Shown here piece by piece: positions 1 through 8,354 of a stretch of 32,000 nucleotides of DNA. Location of the stretch: NCBI GenBank assembly GCA_001796335.1, contig MGMF01000001.1, positions 358,657 through 390,656 on the forward strand, written 5' to 3'. Position 1 is the stretch's first letter; every line of letters begins with the position of its first letter. The translations under genes and the position numbers were made by a program. Below the pieces are notes generated by a model that did not search any database, was not told where the DNA came from, and worked only from the letters and a program-made list of their open reading frames with translations. The DNA is from Chloroflexi bacterium GWB2_49_20 (lineage in GTDB: Bacteria; Chloroflexota; Anaerolineae; Anaerolineales; Villigracilaceae).

Positions 1-243
1 TAGGCTGGTGAATTGTTCCGTTACCAGCCCGGGTGGCCGCTGCTTGCCGGGTGAACGACAACCGCTGGTCGTTTGCGATACGCACACAACCGGGGAAATT
101 GAGACAGCTTTTACAAGATGGCAGTCCAGGAAGGGCGAAGAGCCGGACGGCGATTAAGAGGATAAAGGCCGGGCTGCCTGGAAATCGGAAACATTTATGT
201 CAGGCCTGACAAAACAAGCACAACCAGGAAATAAGGAGATCGC

Positions 244-1053
244 ATGGCTCGTAAAATCCTCGCTGGAACTTTAATAGCCTTGAGCGCTATCCTGCTCGGT
301 CTGAGCATCGCCGGGATCGGGTTGGTTTGGATTTACAAGGAGCCGCTCAGGCAGGACTTTACTGCCCGGCTACAGACAATTGACAATGAACTGGGGCAGG
401 CACAAACTGCATTCCAGAATGCAAAGCTCGAATTGGAACGGACCCTGCGCCTCGTCGAAGCAACCGAAACGAGCATGGCAGCACTTAATATTGAATTTAC
501 CCAGGTAAAAGCGTTATTCGACAATACGAACGGAATGCTGGATGAACAATTGCTTCCCGGTTTAAAAGCCTCCCGTGAGAAGATCGACCAGGCGAAAAGC
601 ACTCTGCAAGCGCTGCGTGACACTCTCGGGCAAATCAATTTGTTTAATTTGAACTTGCCCGGCGATAAATTATTGGAAGATCTGATCGCCAGCGCAAGTT
701 CACTGGATGCCCAGATAATTCGTGTGGAAGACATGGTTAATAATGCCTCCACCTTCGTGAATGATGTTTCCTATTTGATGGAAGGTGATTTTACAGAGAC
801 AAAGACCAACCTTCAGAATTTTTTGACAATTGTGATGGAGTACGATCAGAAACTCACTGACTGGCGTGCACAGGTTGCCGTGCTGCTCGAGTCCCTGCCT
901 GGCTGGATCCAAGGCGTCTCCATCGGCCTGACGATCTTCCTGCTCTGGTTCGGTTTTTCCCAGGTCATCCTGATCCTAAACGGACTGACTCTCTGGCGGG
1001 GTGGCGATCCGCTGGCTGTGCAGCAAAAACCGGCAGTTGAAAGTGTTCAATAA
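244..1053 (+). CDS. hypothetical membrane-anchored coiled-coil protein
   Basis: 269-aa ORF from the track. AAGGAGA (233-239) lies 4 nt before the ATG. There is an N-terminal hydrophobic helix (ILAGTLIALSAILLGLSIAGIGLVWI), a C-terminal hydrophobic segment (GVSIGLTIFLLWFGFSQVILILNGL), and a long Q/L/E/T-rich helical middle. No catalytic motif recognised. Confidence 0.7.
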   Translation: MARKILAGTLIALSAILLGLSIAGIGLVWIYKEPLRQDFTARLQTIDNELGQAQTAFQNAKLELERTLRLVEATETSMAALNIEFTQVKALFDNTNGMLDEQLLPGLKASREKIDQAKSTLQALRDTLGQINLFNLNLPGDKLLEDLIASASSLDAQIIRVEDMVNNASTFVNDVSYLMEGDFTETKTNLQNFLTIVMEYDQKLTDWRAQVAVLLESLPGWIQGVSIGLTIFLLWFGFSQVILILNGLTLWRGGDPLAVQQKPAVESVQ

Positions 1054-1372
1054 AGAAATAAATGGTACTGCCCAGCCAAGTTGTCTCTCTCCCGAATGAC
1101 ATTGGGTCAGTGCCCCGGCAGAACATCGGGATGTTATGAACACAGCAAAGGATTCCCTGGCATGGAAGGAGACCCTTCGGTCGTTAAGAACGCTCCCTCC
1201 GAGCGACAAACCTGAGCTGGTACAAATAAAACAAGGATCCCTTACCACGAAAGAATGCATCCAGCAACGACACGCATATGTCTAATTTCGTTCGAAAAAA
1301 TATCCGGCGCCAAAATATACTTGATCACATCAAAAATCCCCTGACTGGCGGAGGATAATGGAAGAAGATAAA

Positions 1373-1381
1373 TGCTATAAT
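1373..1381 (+). promoter_or_regulatory. candidate extended -10 promoter element (TGcTATAAT) upstream of the small membrane ORF
   Basis: tgctataat reads as TGnTATAAT about 85 nt upstream of the ATG at 1465. No convincing -35. Confidence 0.35.
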
Positions 1382-1464
1382 AAAATCGTCTTTGAAGTTC
1401 CTGTTGGGCATGAATGATCCAATGGCGTCAAGAATTATAATCAACCATACCTAAGGAGAATAAA

Positions 1465-1635
1465 ATGAAACTTTCAGCACCGAAAAATATTACCTGGTGG
1501 ATTGCCGTGATAATTGGTGTGCTCGGTATCCTCGGCAACTATACGACCATACAATTTGTAAGTGCCAATGCTTTTTGGTTTGTTGCATTCGGTTTCGTTC
1601 TTCTTGCACTTGCCACCTTGTTTAAGGAACTTTAA
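1465..1635 (+). CDS. small (56 aa) two-helix membrane protein, function unknown
   Basis: Not in the ORF track (under 60 aa). Hand translation: MKLSAPKNITWWIAVIIGVLGILGNYTTIQFVSANAFWFVAFGFVLLALATLFKEL, ending at TAA 1633-1635. AAGGAGA (1453-1459) lies 5 nt before the ATG. Two clear hydrophobic helices. Confidence 0.55.
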   Translation: MKLSAPKNITWWIAVIIGVLGILGNYTTIQFVSANAFWFVAFGFVLLALATLFKEL

Positions 1636-1690
1636 CCACGGAAATTTTCATTACCGTGTAAATCAGGTTCAATTTCCCAATTTCCATCTT

Positions 1691-1745
1691 GCACATAATC
1701 CCCCCATTTAATTGGCGGGGATTGTGTGCATTTGGATTTCTTTAT
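1691..1745 (+). terminator. long stem-loop with T-rich tail, possible terminator of the small ORF
   Basis: gcacataatcccc (1691-1703) pairs with ggggattgtgtgc (1717-1729): 13 bp including one G-U. It is followed by atttggatttctttatt. The T-run is interrupted, so terminator function is uncertain. Confidence 0.4.
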
Positions 1746-1884
1746 TATGTGCAGAACATAACGAATCGGTTTGACCAGGACACCCCCATTGCAAAAGCAA
1801 AGTGAAATCAGTTGGAACAAATTAAAGTATGATCACAGAACCTCTTGCTCATCAGCTAACGCTACATTAAATCAGTGAAGAATT

Positions 1885-2274
1885 ATGCAGATAAAATTTT
1901 TCAGTGTAATAGTTAAAGATCAAGAGACGGCTCTGCGTTTCTACACGAATGTATTGGGCTTTGAGAAAATGGCAGATCTGCCTTTGGGAGAGTCCCGTTG
2001 GTTGACTGTCATTTCGCCAGACGGCCTGGAGGGTGCCGAATTGGTGCTTGAGCCCATGAGCTTTCCACCAGCCCGGGTGTATCAGCAGGCTCTATTCGAG
2101 GCCGGCATACCTGCGGTTGCGTTTATCACCAAAGACATTCATACCGATTACGCCCGCCTAAAAGAGCTTGGGGTTATTTTCCGCGGCGAGCCGCAGCGCA
2201 TGGGACCCATCACGGCAGTCCTGTTTGAGGATACCTGCGGCAATCTCATCAACCTGGTTCAACCTGCAACCTGA
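1885..2274 (+). CDS. VOC (glyoxalase/bleomycin-resistance/dioxygenase) family protein
   Basis: 129 aa. The N-terminal pattern FSVIVKDQETALRFYTNVLGFEK and the C-terminal FEDTCGNLINLVQ are typical of the beta-alpha-beta-beta-beta VOC fold. Family call by pattern only. Confidence 0.8.
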   Translation: MQIKFFSVIVKDQETALRFYTNVLGFEKMADLPLGESRWLTVISPDGLEGAELVLEPMSFPPARVYQQALFEAGIPAVAFITKDIHTDYARLKELGVIFRGEPQRMGPITAVLFEDTCGNLINLVQPAT

Positions 2275-2337
2275 CAACCAGGTTGCAACATAGAAGAATT
2301 TGGTATACTTTTGCGCAGGACCAAAGGAGAGACATTA

Positions 2338-2616
2338 ATGAAGGTAAGCTTTTATGCTAACCTGCGCGATATTGTTGGAAAGAAAACCATCGAAGCGGAT
2401 ATCAATCTTCCTGCCAGTGCGCGTGACCTGGTGGAAGTCATTGTCACTGATTTTCCCGCCTTGCGTGCTGAGCTGCTGGATGCCAACAACGAGTTTCATA
2501 GTTATATGAAATTTTTCATCAATGGACGCGACACTGTATATCTTGAAAATAAGATGGACACACTCATCCAACCTGATGACAAGGTGGATATCTTCCCTCC
2601 CGTTGGCGGTGGGTAA
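2338..2616 (+). CDS. MoaD/ThiS-family ubiquitin-like sulfur-carrier protein
   Basis: The ATG at 2338 is preceded by AAAGGAGAG; the track ORF starts earlier at a TTG (2311). The 92-aa product has the MoaD-like pattern (FYANLRDIVG... INGRD ... D.VDIFPPVGGG) and a C-terminal Gly-Gly. Confidence 0.8.
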   Translation: MKVSFYANLRDIVGKKTIEADINLPASARDLVEVIVTDFPALRAELLDANNEFHSYMKFFINGRDTVYLENKMDTLIQPDDKVDIFPPVGGG

Positions 2617-2652
2617 ACTAGATTTTCAATCTAACCCACAGGTTATCCAAAA

Positions 2653-2910
2653 ATGAAAATCCTCGTCCATGAAATGCGCGGCATCCCATACTATTTGCTT
2701 AAGGAATATTTACAGGAGCTCGGCGGCTCGCTTGTGGACGAAAACCTGGTGCGCGGCGATGGCTGGAGCGTGCATCTCGAGAGTATGGAACCTTTTCGTC
2801 TCGGATCGCTCGAAGTTGGGCAGACGCGTTTGACGATGGAACTGGAAGAGCGCATTGCCGAAGATTTTCAACAGCGTTTTTTCAAAAAGACTCTCAGAGC
2901 AGGGGGGTAA
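2653..2910 (+). CDS. hypothetical small protein (85 aa) ending in Gly-Gly
   Basis: ORF lies 36 nt downstream of the MoaD-like gene on the same strand. The product ends ...KKTLRAGG. No motif recognised with certainty. Confidence 0.6.
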   Translation: MKILVHEMRGIPYYLLKEYLQELGGSLVDENLVRGDGWSVHLESMEPFRLGSLEVGQTRLTMELEERIAEDFQQRFFKKTLRAGG

Positions 2911-2977
2911 ATATTATCCAGGGTCGTAGATCTCAAGCTTTGCGATCCTCCGATGATGGGAGTCATCGGACACTTTA

Positions 2978-3022
2978 ATAAACAAAAAGGAGATGGCGCA
3001 CCATTGCGGATGTGCCATCTCC
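2978..3022 (-). terminator. rho-independent terminator of the AOR gene, lying between convergent genes
   Basis: ggagatggcgca (2989-3000) pairs with tgtgccatctcc (3011-3022), a 12-bp stem with a 10-nt loop. On the minus strand the stem is followed by TTTTTGTTTAT (complement of 2978-2988). Confidence 0.8.
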
Positions 3023-3039
3023 TGTATTGCTCCTTAGTC

Positions 3040-4866
3040 TTACGCGATCTCTAATTCCTTCAATTTAGCTTCGGTGACAACTCCATCCTTCCAGCCGCGG
3101 GCTTCGTAATATTCCACAAGCATCTTGTCCAACTCGCAGACCTGACCCATTGAACCTTGCTGATCAGATGGTTCATACAGGAACCTCCTGGGTAGAGTAT
3201 CACTGCCTTCGCGGAAGCCGTTCAGATTGTTGTAGTGACGTTCCAGGTTGTAAATGCGTTCGCCCGTCTTCAATACATCATCGGTGGTAAAGGGCACGCC
3301 TGTCATCGCTGCGTATTGCTGGGCGTACTCTTCTGCGCCCATGGCAAACGCGCTGAATTTGCACAAATCCATGCTGTCGGAGAAGGCGTGGATATCCTGG
3401 AAGATTTTGACCAATCCGCCTTTGCCTTTCCATTCGAGCGGATCCACCTTGAGCGAACCGTAAGGCATTATGTTCAACTCGGCAGCAGGAGTGTAGGCGC
3501 GCAGGTGACAGGCACCACGATTGGAAGTTGCGTAGCCGAGGCCCATTCCCTTAAGTCCGCGCGGATCGTAAGCAGGAATACCCTGCTTCTTACACGTCAT
3601 GGCCAGTTCGGGATGACCGAAGTGTTTGGCAGTGGCATCGGCGCCTTCCGCCATTATATTGCCGAGACCTTCGCGTTTGGCAATCATGGCAGCGGCTTTG
3701 GTCATGCCGTCGCCATCGCCCCAGGCAAGTTTGCCATCGCCGTTGGTGTAGCCTCGCTGGCTGGCTTCCATCCAAACTGCGAGTGGATGGCCAACTTCGA
3801 TGGCATCGAAACCGTAGTCATTGGCGAGGTCGATCATCTTGGCAACAAGGCGGGCGTCCGGGTTTCCGCAGTTTGCACCGAGAGACCAACATGGTTCATA
3901 TTCCACCGATTCCATGTGCAGGCCTTTGTAGGGGCCATCCTTGATCTCAACTTCCTTTTTGCATGCCGTCGGACAGGCGTGACAGGTGGGATCGTTTACA
4001 AGAATGTTTTCCTTTACCCATTCACCGCTCAGGGTTTCGGCATCTTTGCCAAACGCAGTAAACTGGCTGTTCTTGGTGGGGTAAGCACCAATATTATTAT
4101 CAATGTTCGTCAGCACGTTTGTGCCATAAACTGAAAGACCGCCCTTGCGCGGACTGGTGATGTTCTCTGGCGCCATAATGCCTTTCAGGGCACGATCGTG
4201 CGCGATCTTCCAGGCCTCGCGGTCTGGGGCTTTGGTGAGATTCTTCTCAGCCTTGATCACGATGGCTTTCAGGTTCTTGCTTCCGCCCACACAGCCGGTG
4301 CCGCCGCGTCCGGAAGCGCGGTCATTTTCGTTTATCCAGCAGCCGAATTTGACCAGCTTCTCGCCTGCCGGTCCAATGCTGATGACAGATAAATCTTTTT
4401 CGCCATATTTTTCTTTGAAAAACTTGATGGTGTCGTGAACGCCTTTGCCCCATACTTCTTTTGCGTCCAATAGTTCCAATTCTCCATCATGGATGTAGGC
4501 GTATGTCGGTTTTGCAGCTTTGCCTTTGAAGATCAGGCCATCGAAGCCAGCCCAGCGTAAGCGGGCAGCTGACCAGCCTCCATGGTGAGAATCAGTTATG
4601 GTTCCAGTAAGAGGCGATTTTGTCACAACCGCCATGCGCCCGCTCATGTTCGCTTCCGAACCCGTAAGCGGGCCATTCATGAAGCACAGGATGTTATCGG
4701 GAGAGAGCGGGTCCACTTTCGGACCGTTATCATAAACGAATTTCACACCGAGACCCCGTCCGCCGATATACTTGCGGGCCAGATCTTCGGGCACGGGTTT
4801 GAACTCGACCTTGCCTGCGGTCAGATTTACCCATGCGAGTTTGTTGGCATAACCTCCAAGTGTCAT
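3040..4866 (-). CDS. aor: tungsten-type aldehyde:ferredoxin oxidoreductase (AOR family)
   Basis: 608 aa. N-terminal GYANKLAWVNLTAGKV..E...YIGGRGLG. The [4Fe-4S] ligand motif CHACPTAC (CxxCxxxC) plus a later Cys in DLCKF. Length and order are typical of the AOR family. GGAGAA RBS before the ATG. Confidence 0.95.
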   Translation of the reverse strand: MTLGGYANKLAWVNLTAGKVEFKPVPEDLARKYIGGRGLGVKFVYDNGPKVDPLSPDNILCFMNGPLTGSEANMSGRMAVVTKSPLTGTITDSHHGGWSAARLRWAGFDGLIFKGKAAKPTYAYIHDGELELLDAKEVWGKGVHDTIKFFKEKYGEKDLSVISIGPAGEKLVKFGCWINENDRASGRGGTGCVGGSKNLKAIVIKAEKNLTKAPDREAWKIAHDRALKGIMAPENITSPRKGGLSVYGTNVLTNIDNNIGAYPTKNSQFTAFGKDAETLSGEWVKENILVNDPTCHACPTACKKEVEIKDGPYKGLHMESVEYEPCWSLGANCGNPDARLVAKMIDLANDYGFDAIEVGHPLAVWMEASQRGYTNGDGKLAWGDGDGMTKAAAMIAKREGLGNIMAEGADATAKHFGHPELAMTCKKQGIPAYDPRGLKGMGLGYATSNRGACHLRAYTPAAELNIMPYGSLKVDPLEWKGKGGLVKIFQDIHAFSDSMDLCKFSAFAMGAEEYAQQYAAMTGVPFTTDDVLKTGERIYNLERHYNNLNGFREGSDTLPRRFLYEPSDQQGSMGQVCELDKMLVEYYEARGWKDGVVTEAKLKELEIA

Positions 4867-5110
4867 TGTGCATTCTCCTTTTTATTTATGCGAATGAGAA
4901 AAAACGAGGTTTACGGGAAAATTGTGCAAACACCTCCTCTAATTTAAAAATTTGTCAGGGTTGAATTAATTATAGCGACTTTTGTGTTGAAAACAAAGCA
5001 TCAATTTTCGCTCTCTAATTTCGAGAATTCTCCGCAGCTATAAGCCACCTGGAATTGCCACGCCACCCTTTGGGGAGCTTGTATGCCCCTGGTTGTTGGT
5101 TGCCTTATGT

Positions 5111-5341
5111 TCAGGCTGCCAGGCTGATGTAAACCGTCTGGCTGCGCGTACTGAAGCCTGCCCAGTAGGTGGCTCCATCCACCTTGTACTCAGTCATCAT
5201 AACCGTCCGTCCAACCTCATCTATGTTTTCCACGAACATCGTTTTACGATCTGCAATTCGTGTAACTTTAATATCGCCATATCCAGCCTCACTCTTGCGG
5301 CTGTACTGCTCCACTATTTTCAATAGCTGGTCACTGTTCAT
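5111..5341 (-). CDS. hypothetical protein (76 aa)
   Basis: ORF from the track. TTGGAGATC lies 4 nt upstream of the ATG on the minus strand. No recognisable motif. Confidence 0.5.
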   Translation of the reverse strand: MNSDQLLKIVEQYSRKSEAGYGDIKVTRIADRKTMFVENIDEVGRTVMMTEYKVDGATYWAGFSTRSQTVYISLAA

Positions 5342-5738
5342 TAGATCTCCAAGTTAATATATCTTCACATGTTGTATTTATGCAAGCTACAACATCTGTC
5401 TGCAAGAAGTTTTCCAAAACACCCCCATGCTTGCGTATGTTCCTGGATAATTGAGTCTATTTTATTATACTGTTTTAACCTGCAATTTATACCATCTCTT
5501 TTTTTAATCAGCGATTTGACGTGCAGGTTGTACCAGACATTGACTCAAATGTGTGCAGCTGAATAAGGGCAGGCGCAGCCTCGTGGTGAAATTGAACACC
5601 TTTGAAGGCACGCAAGCAGCCGGGTATCATTTAAATGGCATCTCTACCACTACCCATGAAAGCAGTTTTGGTTTATAAACATAATGATGGGTCTCCAAAA
5701 AGGTTGAACATAACCTCTTCTCAAAAGAAAGGCACACT

Positions 5739-7133
5739 ATGGCCATTCCAACCAAGATCGTTGTCATCGGCGCGGGCAGCGCCTCTTTTGGTGAAAATAC
5801 GCTCTCTGCGCTGATGCGCTCAAAAAAACTTCGCGGCAGCACCCTGGCACTGGTGGACCGCAACCCCGAAACACTCGATATTGTCAAGCGCCTGGCACAG
5901 CGGCTCAACCGTGAGTGGGATTCAGGTATCACCCTCACAACCCACACACACCACCACGATGCGCTTGAAGACGCAGGATTCGTCGTCTCTGCCATCGAGG
6001 TCGGGGCGCGTGAAGGGTTGTGGAAACAAGATTTCGAAATACCGCTCAAATATGGGGTACGGCAACCTTATGCTGAGAATGGCGGTCCCGGCGGATTTGC
6101 CCACGCCGCGCGCAATATCGGTCCGATCATGGAGATTGCACACGAAATGGAAAATGCCTGTCCTCAGGCCTGGTTCATCAATTTTACCAACCCGATGATC
6201 CGTATCTGTGACGCCATCAACCGCCACAGCAAGATCAAGGCCGTCGGCCTGTGCCACCAGATATTCATCGCCTACACCATGGTTGGAATTGCACTGGCCA
6301 AAGACCTGGGCATCACTGTCCCGCATGGGATTACCGGCATGCACGCCGATATCCTGCAAGCCCCTCTCCACCACCAGGTAAAACAGCAGACTGTCACGCG
6401 CCTCGACATTCGCGCCGCCGGGCTGAATCATTTCTCCTGGGTTCTCTCCATCCGCGACCGGCAGACCGGCGAGGACCTTTATCCGCTCTTCCGGAAACGC
6501 TGGAATGATTTGGATCCAGCCTTTGAGCCGCTAACCAGAAGCGTCTTCGATGCTTTTGACCTGTTCCCCGTTCCCGGTGATACGCATCTATGCGAGTACC
6601 TGCCGTGGGTCTCCGATCCGGTCACCAACCCCTGGGAAAAGTACGCCATCCGGCTTTACGATTGGGATTTAAATGCGGCCGTACGCGAATTTCAAATCGA
6701 CAGGCTGAAAGACATTGCTGACGGTGAAATCACCATCGCTGGACTTGAAAACACTGATTCAGAAGGCGCCCTGGAAATGATCGAGAATGTGGCTGCAGCC
6801 GGGACCCATTACCACCTGGCTGCCAACCTGCCAAATGAGGGGCAGATTTCCAACCTTCCGTTAGGTGCAACTGTGGAAACGCCCGTTGTCGTGGATGGAG
6901 AGGGTATCCACCCGGTCCATGTCGGCGCACTGCCGGAACCGGTTGCTGAACTCCTGCGCCGGGAAACCACAGTGTCCCAATTGTGCGTGGATGCCGCGAT
7001 CGAAGGTGACCGAAAGAAGGCTCTGCAATGCCTGTTGCTCGATCCAGTGATCAATGACATTGATCTGGCAAAACAGATCCTGGATGATTATTTATCCAGT
7101 TATAAAGATTACCTCCCGCAGTTTTGGAAATGA
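5739..7133 (+). CDS. glycoside hydrolase family 4 (NAD+/Mn2+-dependent alpha-glucosidase/alpha-galactosidase type)
   Basis: 464 aa. N-terminal Rossmann KIVVIGAGSASFG. GH4 signature region PQAWFINFTNPMIRICDAINRHSKIKAVGLCH. Confidence 0.9.
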   Translation: MAIPTKIVVIGAGSASFGENTLSALMRSKKLRGSTLALVDRNPETLDIVKRLAQRLNREWDSGITLTTHTHHHDALEDAGFVVSAIEVGAREGLWKQDFEIPLKYGVRQPYAENGGPGGFAHAARNIGPIMEIAHEMENACPQAWFINFTNPMIRICDAINRHSKIKAVGLCHQIFIAYTMVGIALAKDLGITVPHGITGMHADILQAPLHHQVKQQTVTRLDIRAAGLNHFSWVLSIRDRQTGEDLYPLFRKRWNDLDPAFEPLTRSVFDAFDLFPVPGDTHLCEYLPWVSDPVTNPWEKYAIRLYDWDLNAAVREFQIDRLKDIADGEITIAGLENTDSEGALEMIENVAAAGTHYHLAANLPNEGQISNLPLGATVETPVVVDGEGIHPVHVGALPEPVAELLRRETTVSQLCVDAAIEGDRKKALQCLLLDPVINDIDLAKQILDDYLSSYKDYLPQFWK

Positions 7134-7169
7134 AAACGAAGCGACAGGGATAAAGAATATGAAGAGATC

Positions 7170-7207
7170 ATATTCCCGCCTTAGCAATCAGGCGGGAATA
7201 TTTTTGG
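7170..7207 (+). terminator. rho-independent terminator after the GH4 gene
   Basis: atattcccgcc (7170-7180) pairs perfectly with ggcgggaatat (7191-7201) around a 10-nt loop, followed by TTTTT. Confidence 0.85.
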
Positions 7208-7251
7208 TTATGTAAAGTTATGCAGTAGGAAACCTTTACATAATCTTTACA
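7207..7251 (+). promoter_or_regulatory. cluster of phased direct repeats (candidate response-regulator binding sites)
   Basis: GTTATG-taaa-GTTATG (7207-7222, 10-bp phase). CTTTACA-taat-CTTTACA (7234-7251, 11-bp phase). An inverted copy TGTAAAG at 7211-7217. The cluster lies 90-130 nt upstream of the ATG at 7340. Confidence 0.4.
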
Positions 7252-7339
7252 ATCCCTTGATTTCGCCTTTACCTTGCGGGCTTATATTCTTACTATAAGA
7301 ATCAAAATGCATGTATTTCATGCCATAAGGAGATAGAAA

Positions 7340-8170
7340 ATGAAGAAAGCTATTCAGATTATTTTAATGGGGATCGGCATCCTGGCTCTGGCCGGGATCC
7401 TGGTTATTACCGGTATGTTCTTCGGCCGTGCCAATATTTATCATAACTGGGCAAGCCCTTTCAACATGATGTCTAATTTTGCCAACCAGTCTGGCAGTAA
7501 CAACAACGCTTATGGACCCGGCATGATGGGTGCTGGGCGCGGTTATGCTTCCGGCATGATGGGCAGTCGTGGTGGCATGATGAGCGGTTATGGTTACAAT
7601 ACGGCCAACCTCACACCCCTCACCACCGAGCAAGCCTACCAGGCCGCTGAGACCTACCTGGGCACTCTGGACAACCCAGACCTGCAGATCGACGAGGTGA
7701 TGGTCTTCGATAACAATGCCTATATCGTTGTCAAAGAAATCAATACAGGGCTGGGTGCTTTCGAACTGCTGGTGGACTCCGGCTCCCAGGTTGCCTACCC
7801 CGAGTATGGCCCAAACATGATGTGGAATCTTAAATACAGTGGGTTGAACCACCAGTATATGATGGGTGGTCGCGGTGGCCTGATGGGAGGTATGATGGGC
7901 TCTAATACTTGGAGCAGCACCACCCCCGCGGATGTTTCCGCTGACCTGACCGTAGCTCCCGAAAAAGCCATCGAGTATGCCCAGGTTTACCTGGATGCAA
8001 ACATCGCAGGTGCCACCGCCGCAGATGACCCAATTCAATTTTACGGCTATTACACACTCGATTTCGAGAAGGATGGCGCAGTGGTTGGCATGTTGAGCGT
8101 CAACGGGTTTAATGGCCAGGTCTTCCTGCACACCTGGCACGGAACATTCATCGAAGAAAAAATGTATTAG
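7340..8170 (+). CDS. secreted/membrane-anchored protein with two Met/Gly-rich blocks, each followed by a globular (PepSY-like?) segment
   Basis: 276 aa. AAGGAGA RBS and an N-terminal signal/anchor helix. Met/Gly-rich blocks at aa 42-85 (GPGMMGAGRGYASGMMGSRGGMMSGYGY) and aa 159-188 (YMMGGRGGLMGGMMG). The internal duplication is visible in both protein and DNA (ggcatgatggg recurs). Confidence 0.75.
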   Translation: MKKAIQIILMGIGILALAGILVITGMFFGRANIYHNWASPFNMMSNFANQSGSNNNAYGPGMMGAGRGYASGMMGSRGGMMSGYGYNTANLTPLTTEQAYQAAETYLGTLDNPDLQIDEVMVFDNNAYIVVKEINTGLGAFELLVDSGSQVAYPEYGPNMMWNLKYSGLNHQYMMGGRGGLMGGMMGSNTWSSTTPADVSADLTVAPEKAIEYAQVYLDANIAGATAADDPIQFYGYYTLDFEKDGAVVGMLSVNGFNGQVFLHTWHGTFIEEKMY

Positions 8171-8179
8171 TGTTTGTTT

Positions 8180-8209
8180 GGGGCGGGATCAACCCCGCCC
8201 CAATTTTTT
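8180..8209 (+). terminator. rho-independent terminator
   Basis: ggggcggg (8180-8187) pairs with cccgcccc (8194-8201), followed by aaTTTTTTa. Confidence 0.8.
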
Positions 8210-8354
8210 ACGATACAATAACATTATACAGAAAATAGGTCCTTACCAAAATCCCCAAAAAGCGGGGATACAAGTCTCAAGGCCACTTAGACACATTTTG
8301 TAATTTTTGTGTCATGGTGGAAAGGCTTTTTTTTGTAATAGGATCAATAAAATT

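Noticed and set aside
2-157. Frame open from the window edge to TAA 155-157 (51 codons, ...LVVCDTHTTGEIETAFTRWQSRKGEEPDGD)
   Set aside because: It may be the 3' end of a gene lying outside the window. It is too short and featureless to support a call.
3235-4134. 299-aa plus-strand ORF, and several others at 3254-4947, inside the AOR locus
   Set aside because: They are antisense shadows of the strongly supported 608-aa AOR gene, with no RBS and low-complexity, unnatural composition. The same reasoning rejects 333-752(-), 5627-6049(-), 5922-6431(-), 7364-8140(-), 9140-9978(-), 13356-13700(-), 14105-14560(-), 15169-15591(-), 16805-17342(+), 18314-19089(-), 19420-20174(-), 23043-25659(+ frames inside the RM gene), 26156-27173(-), 27170-28404(- and off-frame +), 28744-29702(+) and 30023-31439 (off-frame).
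5111-5341. C-terminal ...ISLAA of the 76-aa protein resembling an SsrA-type degradation tag
   Set aside because: This is a three-residue coincidence in a genomically encoded ORF, with no tmRNA gene or other support.
5369-5566. 65-aa plus-strand ORF, and inverted repeats (atgttgta/tacaacat at about 5369-5396; aacctgca/tgcaggtt at about 5477-5530) in the 5342-5738 intergenic region
   Set aside because: The ORF is Cys/Leu-rich, lacks an RBS, and sits in a promoter-type AT-rich spacer. The repeats are short (8 bp) and could be operator or promoter structure, but nothing distinguishes them from chance.
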